From the sequence record SRR20825019_2795: a stretch of DNA of 52,334 nucleotides; one strand, given 5' to 3'. Positions 46,070 through 52,334 of the stretch are shown piece by piece. The notes beneath the pieces were generated by a model. That model was not told the DNA's origin and did not search any database. It saw nothing but the letters and a program-made list of their open reading frames with translations. Position numbers and translations under genes: made by a program. How positions within the stretch are numbered: the stretch's first letter is position 1; the number at the start of each line of letters is the position of its first letter.

Positions 46070-48373
46070 TTAAATATCTCCCAACCGGCTCTTGAGGTCG
46101 AGCCTGGCTTGTTCATAGCTTTCCAACAGTGTATCCAGATGTGGGCGAACATGGTCAACCCGGTTATGTCGACCCAGTTTTTCAAGCTGGCGGGCAATTT
46201 CACTGACCCTGACAGCACCGATATTGGCGGAACTGGATTTCAGTGCATGTGCTGCCCGGAAAACCCGATCTGCATCACCATTACGGGCACCATGCTGAAT
46301 ATCATCAATCAAATCCGGTGTTTGTTGCAGGTATAACTCGACTATATTATTAATCAGCGCCGGTGCCTCAGCACCTGACATCCTTCTGATTTCATCCAGT
46401 ACTGCCTCGTCGATGATTAGTGTGTGTTTTGTCTCGGCCTCAGTTTTATGGAGCCAACGGCCGACAATGTCACTCAACTGCTCCAGACTGAAAGGTTTAA
46501 TGAGAAAATCATCGGCACCGGCATGACGAAAATCAGCTTCAACGCCATCCTGAATATCGGCCGTCAGCGCCACTATAGGTGTTTGGCTGTTGAGCCCCTG
46601 GCCGGTACTGTCGCGGATCAGTGCAGTGGCTTCCAGTCCGCCCATCCGGGGCATATGATAATCCATCAGAATCAGGTCATAACGCGCTTTGTTGCATTCA
46701 TTAACCGCCTCAAGCCCGTTACTGACGATAACCACACGGCAACCGAAATTTTCCAGCATGCCCGCAGCGACTGACTGATTAATTTCATTATCCTCAGCCA
46801 GCAAAATCAGATTGCCACTGGCTTTCCCAGTCCTGGCAGGCTTTGTTTGCAACTTTTTAGGTGGCTCAGCCGCATCCAGTGCTTGCATCGGTATTTTGAA
46901 CCAGAACACACTGCCCTGCTTTTCTTCACTTCTGACCCCGTAGTGGCCTTTCATCAGTTTGATCAACTGAGCGCAGATGGCCAGCCCAAGACCCGTTCCG
47001 CCATATTGCCGGGTGACCGAACTATCTGCCTGTGCAAAGGGAGAAAATATCGACTGCAGTTTGCTTTCAGCGATACCCGTACCGGTATCTTCAACTTCAA
47101 AATTCAGCCAGCTTTCCGTTTCCGTCTGCTCGGCAACCAGGCTGACTTTTACAGTGCCTTTATCGGTAAACTTGATCGCATTGTCTAGAAGATTATTAAG
47201 TACCTGGCGTAAACGCAGTGGGTCACCTTGGAAATCCGCGTTGCATTCCTGCAGGCTCAACTCCAGTTTAAGCCCTTTCCGCTCTGCTTTGGCACGATTG
47301 GTTTCCACCACTGACTTCATAAAGCCAGCCATGTTCATTTGCTGTTTTTCCAGTTCGACCTTATCCGCATCCAACTTGGAAAAATCGAGGATCTGATTGA
47401 GCAAGGCCAGAAGAGCCTGAGCAGAATCATTGAGCAGCTGTACATTCTCCCGGGCTTCGTTATCCAGATCATTGAGTTTCAACAACTCGGCAAAACCAAT
47501 CACACCATTGAGCGGCGTTCTGACTTCATGACTCATCATCGCCAGAAATTGTGACTTGGCGTGGTTAGCTTCATTCGCCAGCTCCAGAGCAGTTTCCAGT
47601 GCTTCCGTTCTGGCCTGAACCCGCTGTTCCAGTTCCGCATTGATGGTTTCAAGCTGCTCACCACGCCGTTCGATCTCACTGATCATCTGATTAAAGCTAT
47701 CGGCCAGCTGATTGAATTCAACAGTGACAGCTTTCGGTGCACGGCGTTTGTAATCACGGTGGATGGTAATATCCCGTATCGTCGCCAGCATTTCATTCAT
47801 CGGCTTGGTAAACAATGACACCAGCCACAACATTGCCAGCAAACTGGCAAAAAATGCCACTACCGCTGTCAGAGCCACGACACGATAAAACTCAGATAAT
47901 TGCGATCTTAGTGCGGCCAGATTATCCAGTAGATACAATGTCCCAATCACCTCACCGTGACTGATCATTGGCATTATCACGTGCAGCCCATCCTCATTCT
48001 CGATAAAAACGGGCTCACGGGTACGCATCACCCGTCGAAGTGAATCGGTGTCAGGCAGACTCCGGCTGTTGTCATTTTGATAGCTTGCAAACAGGCGGGC
48101 ACGATCATCAAAGATACTGACCTGACTGATATCCTGTCTTATGCGTAATGCCTCCAGGGTTTGTCGTGCCGAGGAGGCATCATCGAACAAAACGGCGGTC
48201 AGGGTATTGGTCACCAATAACTCCGCGAGCGCTGTCGAGTCCTGACGTGCCTGTTTCTCAATAGCCTGGCGCTGGTTGCTGATAATCGAGATAGAAATAA
48301 TGAGAATAGTCAGCAGCACCAGCCCCATCATGGTCATAATCAAACGAAACTTGAGCGTCTTAATCCATTTCAT
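46070..48373 (-). CDS. Hybrid sensor kinase (periplasmic sensor-HAMP-HisKA-HATPase-REC-Hpt)
   Basis: 2 TM, MSHEVRTPLNG, NAIKFT, GGTGLGL, LLAEDN..N, MD..MP, AHALKSSS. Confidence 0.94.
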   Translation of the reverse strand: MKWIKTLKFRLIMTMMGLVLLTILIISISIISNQRQAIEKQARQDSTALAELLVTNTLTAVLFDDASSARQTLEALRIRQDISQVSIFDDRARLFASYQNDNSRSLPDTDSLRRVMRTREPVFIENEDGLHVIMPMISHGEVIGTLYLLDNLAALRSQLSEFYRVVALTAVVAFFASLLAMLWLVSLFTKPMNEMLATIRDITIHRDYKRRAPKAVTVEFNQLADSFNQMISEIERRGEQLETINAELEQRVQARTEALETALELANEANHAKSQFLAMMSHEVRTPLNGVIGFAELLKLNDLDNEARENVQLLNDSAQALLALLNQILDFSKLDADKVELEKQQMNMAGFMKSVVETNRAKAERKGLKLELSLQECNADFQGDPLRLRQVLNNLLDNAIKFTDKGTVKVSLVAEQTETESWLNFEVEDTGTGIAESKLQSIFSPFAQADSSVTRQYGGTGLGLAICAQLIKLMKGHYGVRSEEKQGSVFWFKIPMQALDAAEPPKKLQTKPARTGKASGNLILLAEDNEINQSVAAGMLENFGCRVVIVSNGLEAVNECNKARYDLILMDYHMPRMGGLEATALIRDSTGQGLNSQTPIVALTADIQDGVEADFRHAGADDFLIKPFSLEQLSDIVGRWLHKTEAETKHTLIIDEAVLDEIRRMSGAEAPALINNIVELYLQQTPDLIDDIQHGARNGDADRVFRAAHALKSSSANIGAVRVSEIARQLEKLGRHNRVDHVRPHLDTLLESYEQARLDLKSRLGDI

Positions 48374-48900
48374 TTAACTTCCACTGCCAGCTTCAGCACC
48401 TGAGAGCTCATTTTCAGATTGGATGACTGCATTTTCGACATATTCACTTTAAAGCGGAATTTATTGTCGCGCTGGATGATTTCTATCATGCCGCCATCAT
48501 CAACAAACCCGGCAATATCGGAAACTGTCAGCACAGGCTTGTCACGCAGATAGACAAACAAGCGCTGCAGAATACGCCGTTCACTGCGGTCAATGTACAC
48601 CAGGTGACATCGACCTGTCTGCTCAACATCGTTGATCTGTCGGGTGCTGACCGGCTTATCGAATATCGCCTTGTCGTGCAGTTCGGTAAAACTGTTTTTA
48701 AATGAATCAGTGAAATAGCATAAGTCAATCGACTCGGCATGCGCTTCACCGGGCCAGTCCGCATATTTAGCAAAATTGTAGTTGAGTGCAGCGATCAGAG
48801 AACGCGGATCCGGTGGGTCAGCTACAGCAACCGCTGTCTGAGCACTATGGCTCAGCATTAAGATCATTAGCAGGAAAATTTTTATTTTATGCCTGTTCAA
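48370..48900 (-). CDS. YfiR family (DUF4154) periplasmic protein
   Basis: Signal peptide, A...YNFAKY..WP, C....C pair, PVLTVSD...F...GGMI, F.VN, L..SS.VLKLA. Confidence 0.9.
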   Translation of the reverse strand: MNRHKIKIFLLMILMLSHSAQTAVAVADPPDPRSLIAALNYNFAKYADWPGEAHAESIDLCYFTDSFKNSFTELHDKAIFDKPVSTRQINDVEQTGRCHLVYIDRSERRILQRLFVYLRDKPVLTVSDIAGFVDDGGMIEIIQRDNKFRFKVNMSKMQSSNLKMSSQVLKLAVEVK

Positions 48901-48904
48901 TGCC

Positions 48905-50962
48905 TTAATACTCCAAGGTCAGTCGGCCAAAGTAACTGGGTTCCACCCGGTAAGGAATGGAAAACAGCTCGGCTTTGTACTCAACATGAGAGCTGTAAAA
49001 CAGGTTTCGTGCAAAAGCGGACAGTTTCAGTTTGGGTGTCAACTGCCAGTTAATACCCAAATCCACACCCTGATAAGCATCAACTGTCTGCTTATCCACC
49101 TGGACAGGATCAATCGATTGGCTGGTGTCCACATAACGCCAGCTTGCAGTCATATCCAGATCACGGGCAATCCGCCAATTGACCATCAGTGAGACAAGCT
49201 GCTCCGGTGCATCTGTGTTCTGAGGTTGGCCATCACTGAAATTACTCTCGATATAGGTATAGTTGAGCCGGAGTTTCAGCTTTTCGCTCAGTAACCAGTT
49301 AGCCGACAGTTCCAGGCCGTAGTTATGACCGTGGCCGTCGTTGTCAAAGGCTGACTGGGTAGTCAGATAAGCTGGCAAAGTTGAGAAATCAGTATTGCTT
49401 ATACTGCTGCTGCGTAAATCATCATAGTCATTATAAAAAATCGCCGTATCCAGACTGAACTGATTGCCACTGGCATATCGGTAGCCGGCCTCGATGCTTT
49501 TGACGACCTCGGAGTCATAGTCTGAATTACCCTGCAGTATGAGCCGGTTAACAAAAGCGGTTGGATTGAATTCTGACATCGGCGCCAGATTGCCGACATT
49601 GATAAGATATTCATTCTCAGCCTGTGAAGGAGTTCTCACTGCCCGCGATAAAGCGGTCCAGAAACGGTGCCGTTCCCATGGCTGCCAGCTGAGCCTGATG
49701 GTCGGTTGCCATTCGAAATCGGTATAAGAATGATGCTCAAAGCGTGTTGCCAGTGTCAGCCATAAGCTATCTGGTTGCAGTGTGATCTGATCCTGAACAA
49801 ACAGGCTCCAGAGGTTGGTGCTCTCATTACTGCCCTGAGCATCTATAACCGATTGATTGGTATCCAGCTCGTTATTGATATGTCGGTACCCCACCCCCCA
49901 TAACAATTCATGCCGTTGTCCAAGCTCAACATGATGGGACAGTTCAATATCTATCGTATCGCGGCTGAAACCGAAGAAAGATTCATCGCGCTTGGCATGA
50001 TCAAAATAAGCCTTCATGTTCAGTTGTGAATCGGCAGCCAGTGCCCGGGTGTAATCGCCGAGAACATGCCAGCCACGGGACTCGCTATTAATATTGGGGT
50101 AATCGATATAGGGCGTTGTCAATGTCGGTACTGTGACAGACTGATTCATCATGCTGTCATAAGCTGCACCACTCAGGGTCAGCGTGGAGGCAGGCCCCAG
50201 ACTCATATCCAGTCGCCCTCCCATCTGCTGCTTCCACCAGTCGTTGTCGGTACCAGATTGCTTGATAAGGGAAGCTGTAGCGGGACTGGCATCAGCTGAA
50301 TCAAAGTCCAGATCATCGCGCTTGAAGGCCTTCACATAAGCGCGCCCCGTCAATCCCGGTGCCAGACGGCGACCGTAACGGAAACCGGTAAAAGCCTGTT
50401 GATAATTACCCGCCCCGAGTTCAGCATAGCCGCCCAGCGTATCGGCGCTGTGTCTGGTCATAATGTTAATGACGCCATTAACGGCATTGGCACCCCAGAT
50501 TGCCGCGCCCGGTCCACGAATCACTTCAATCCGGTCGATATCGGCCATCAGCGTGTCCTGAGTTTCCCAGTAGACGCCGGAAAATTCCGGGGAGTAAACG
50601 CTGCGTCCGTCTATCAGCACCAGCATCTTGTTGTTGTAACGGCCGTTAAATCCACGGCTGCTCACAGCCCATTTCTGAGAGTCAATCTGGGCGACATGCA
50701 ATCCCGGCACGTCTCTCAGAGCCTGAGGAATAGACTGGAAGCCATGCTGCCGAATCTCCTCACCAGTGATGACATAAATGGCAGCAGCAGCGCTGGACAG
50801 CGATTCTGATTGTCTGGAAACCGAAGTGACCTCAATCTCAAGTAGTTCCTGCAGGCTGAGATCAAGCGGTGAGGATGACGGGTCGGAATCAGCACGAGCA
50901 GCAGTCAAACATGACAACAGGCAACCCAATGTCCACAGTCTGACCATGCCGGTTTTCTGCAT
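48905..50962 (-). CDS. TonB-dependent receptor
   Basis: LSLQELL.IEVTSVSR, plug motifs (LVLIDGR, IDRIEVIRGPGA..WGANAVNGVINI), beta-barrel, C-terminal aromatic residue. Confidence 0.93.
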   Translation of the reverse strand: MQKTGMVRLWTLGCLLSCLTAARADSDPSSSPLDLSLQELLEIEVTSVSRQSESLSSAAAAIYVITGEEIRQHGFQSIPQALRDVPGLHVAQIDSQKWAVSSRGFNGRYNNKMLVLIDGRSVYSPEFSGVYWETQDTLMADIDRIEVIRGPGAAIWGANAVNGVINIMTRHSADTLGGYAELGAGNYQQAFTGFRYGRRLAPGLTGRAYVKAFKRDDLDFDSADASPATASLIKQSGTDNDWWKQQMGGRLDMSLGPASTLTLSGAAYDSMMNQSVTVPTLTTPYIDYPNINSESRGWHVLGDYTRALAADSQLNMKAYFDHAKRDESFFGFSRDTIDIELSHHVELGQRHELLWGVGYRHINNELDTNQSVIDAQGSNESTNLWSLFVQDQITLQPDSLWLTLATRFEHHSYTDFEWQPTIRLSWQPWERHRFWTALSRAVRTPSQAENEYLINVGNLAPMSEFNPTAFVNRLILQGNSDYDSEVVKSIEAGYRYASGNQFSLDTAIFYNDYDDLRSSSISNTDFSTLPAYLTTQSAFDNDGHGHNYGLELSANWLLSEKLKLRLNYTYIESNFSDGQPQNTDAPEQLVSLMVNWRIARDLDMTASWRYVDTSQSIDPVQVDKQTVDAYQGVDLGINWQLTPKLKLSAFARNLFYSSHVEYKAELFSIPYRVEPSYFGRLTLEY

Positions 50963-51104
50963 GTTTTCCCTCCCTCATTGAAACTGAAGACGGGCTGAAC
51001 TCCTTATGTCAAACCGCCAGAATCAAGAGATACAGGAATCGCTCTAAAAATGCCACCCATATCACAGTTTTTTTGCTGATACAGGGGTGGCTTATTGCGG
51101 CAAG

Positions 51105-52148
51105 TCAGGGAGAAGGATTGGGATAACGTCGGTGAATCGCTTCAATCTCATCCAGCACTTCCTCACTGAGGTCGAGATCAATGCTGGCAATATTGTTTTT
51201 GAGCTGCTGCATATCAGTGGCGCCAATAATATTGGCTGAAAGGAAAGGGCGGCTGTTGACATAGGCCAATGCCATTTGTGCCGGATCCAATTGATGCCGA
51301 TGGGCCAGTTCCACATAGTCACGGGTAGCCGAGACGGCCTGTTCATTGCTGTAGCGGGCATAATGCGGCCAGCGTGTCAGTCTGGCACCTGCCGGTTCGG
51401 CGTCCAGATACTTTCCAGTTAAGACACCGAAACCTAGTGGTGAATAGGCCAGTAAACCTACGCCCTCACGGTGGCTGATTTCAGCACAGCCGACTTCATA
51501 GGTCCGGTTCAACAGACTGTATGGGTTTTGCACCGAGACAATCGCAGGCAAATTGAGCACGCGTGCCATCCATAAGAACTGCATCATGCCCCAGGGCGTT
51601 TCGTTAGACAGACCGATGTAACGGATCTTGCCAGCACGTACTTCTTTTTCCAGCGCCTGCAAAGTTTCGTAAACGGGCGTCAGTGCCGCTTCGCTGTCAT
51701 CAGCCTGATAGCCGAGCTTGCCGAAATAATTGGTCTTACGCTCGGGCCAGTGCAGTTGATACAGGTCGAGGTAATCCGTCTGCAGTCGCTGCAGACTATC
51801 ATCAAGCGCGCGACTGATATTGCTCGTATCAAAGCGGGTATGACCACCACGGATATGCGAGACCCAGTCCGGTCCAGGACCGGCAATTTTACTGGCAAGA
51901 ACGATGTCATCACGTCGACCGCGTTTTTTCAACCAGCTGCCGATTACCCTTTCTGTGGCACCGTAGGTTTCACCGCGAGGGGGAATCGCATAAAGCTCGG
52001 CCGTATCAATAAAATTCACGCCCTGCTCCAGCGCATAATCAAGCTGCTGGTGTCCTTCCTGCTCGGTATTCTGCTCGCCATAGGTCATGGTGCCCAGACA
52101 AATCCGGCTGACGTCAATATCGCTTGTTCCCAATTTATTGTATTTCAT
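51105..52148 (-). CDS. tas: NADP(H)-dependent aldo-keto reductase (Tas-like)
   Basis: ICLGTMT.GEQN, N.IDTAE.Y, SL.RLQTDY.DLYQ.HWP.R, IGLSNETPWG, QNPY.LLNR. Confidence 0.9.
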   Translation of the reverse strand: MKYNKLGTSDIDVSRICLGTMTYGEQNTEQEGHQQLDYALEQGVNFIDTAELYAIPPRGETYGATERVIGSWLKKRGRRDDIVLASKIAGPGPDWVSHIRGGHTRFDTSNISRALDDSLQRLQTDYLDLYQLHWPERKTNYFGKLGYQADDSEAALTPVYETLQALEKEVRAGKIRYIGLSNETPWGMMQFLWMARVLNLPAIVSVQNPYSLLNRTYEVGCAEISHREGVGLLAYSPLGFGVLTGKYLDAEPAGARLTRWPHYARYSNEQAVSATRDYVELAHRHQLDPAQMALAYVNSRPFLSANIIGATDMQQLKNNIASIDLDLSEEVLDEIEAIHRRYPNPSP

Positions 52149-52165
52149 GGTTCCTGTCCGTTAAT

Positions 52166-52190
52166 AAAAAGCCCGCGGTGAAAGCGGGCT
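52166..52190 (-). terminator. Terminator-like hairpin just upstream of the aldo-keto reductase
   Basis: Stem AGCCCGC/GCGGGCT followed on the minus strand by a T tract. Confidence 0.55.
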
Positions 52191-52227
52191 CTACCCCAGG
52201 GCTTGTTGAACTTTCATCTCCACCTCT

Positions 52228-52326
52228 GTTGTGACTGAAAAAGCGTCAAACTAGGCGCAGAGCGTGAAGTGTAGCCACCCTACATGAGCGCTTTGCAACG
52301 CCGGGTGACGCTTTTTCAGCCTCAAC
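52228..52326. repeat. About 100-bp imperfect palindrome, MITE/REPIN-like intergenic repeat (may continue past the window end)
   Basis: Arms GTTGTGACTGAAAAAGCGTCA (52228-52248) / TGACGCTTTTTCAGCCTCAAC (52306-52326), 19/21 complementary; inner stems GCAGAGCG/CGCTTTGC and TGTAG/CTACA. Confidence 0.65.
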
Positions 52327-52334
52327 CCGCAGGG

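Noticed and set aside
1-52334. CRISPR arrays, rRNA, IS transposases, prophage or defence genes
   Set aside because: No repeat-spacer periodicity, rRNA-like tracts or recognisable transposase, phage structural or defence motifs were seen.

Overview
Marine/halotolerant gammaproteobacterial chromosome segment. The ectR/ectABC-ask arrangement and gene content suggest a Methylophaga-like methylotroph (inference). Bases 1-14539 look like the right end of a genomic island integrated at a tRNA-Leu gene. The island carries a czcCBA-type heavy-metal RND pump with a Cys/His-rich leader ORF, a pseudoazurin-like cupredoxin, an envelope-lipid cassette (dgkA, LTA-synthase-family sulfatase, phosphoesterase-GT4 fusion, VTT/DedA protein, internally deleted uppP), a Ca/Na antiporter and a short tyrosine recombinase preceded by about 380 nt of densely base-paired non-coding sequence. 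It ends in arm-type repeats, an IHF site and a duplicated tRNA 3' end (attR). The remainder looks like core chromosome: a binding-protein-linked two-component cluster, DUF2789-fumC, cfa-nfeD-SPFH, bfd-bfr, a ColR/ColS-like pair flanking a fatty-acid modification operon, the ectoine operon with downstream transporters and divergent cheW-ectR, a TonB receptor-YfiR-hybrid kinase-GGDEF/EAL operon, an aldo-keto reductase and a palindromic repeat. Most notable: (1) a candidate structured RNA coupled to the tyrosine recombinase; (2) an apparent ribosome-stalling leader whose 3' end sequesters the czcC ribosome-binding site; (3) a catalytically degenerate phosphoesterase fused to a glycolipid-type glycosyltransferase; (4) three TTCAC-N6-WTCAC boxes defining a probable local ColR-like regulon. 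All calls come from reading motifs by eye; no searches were run.
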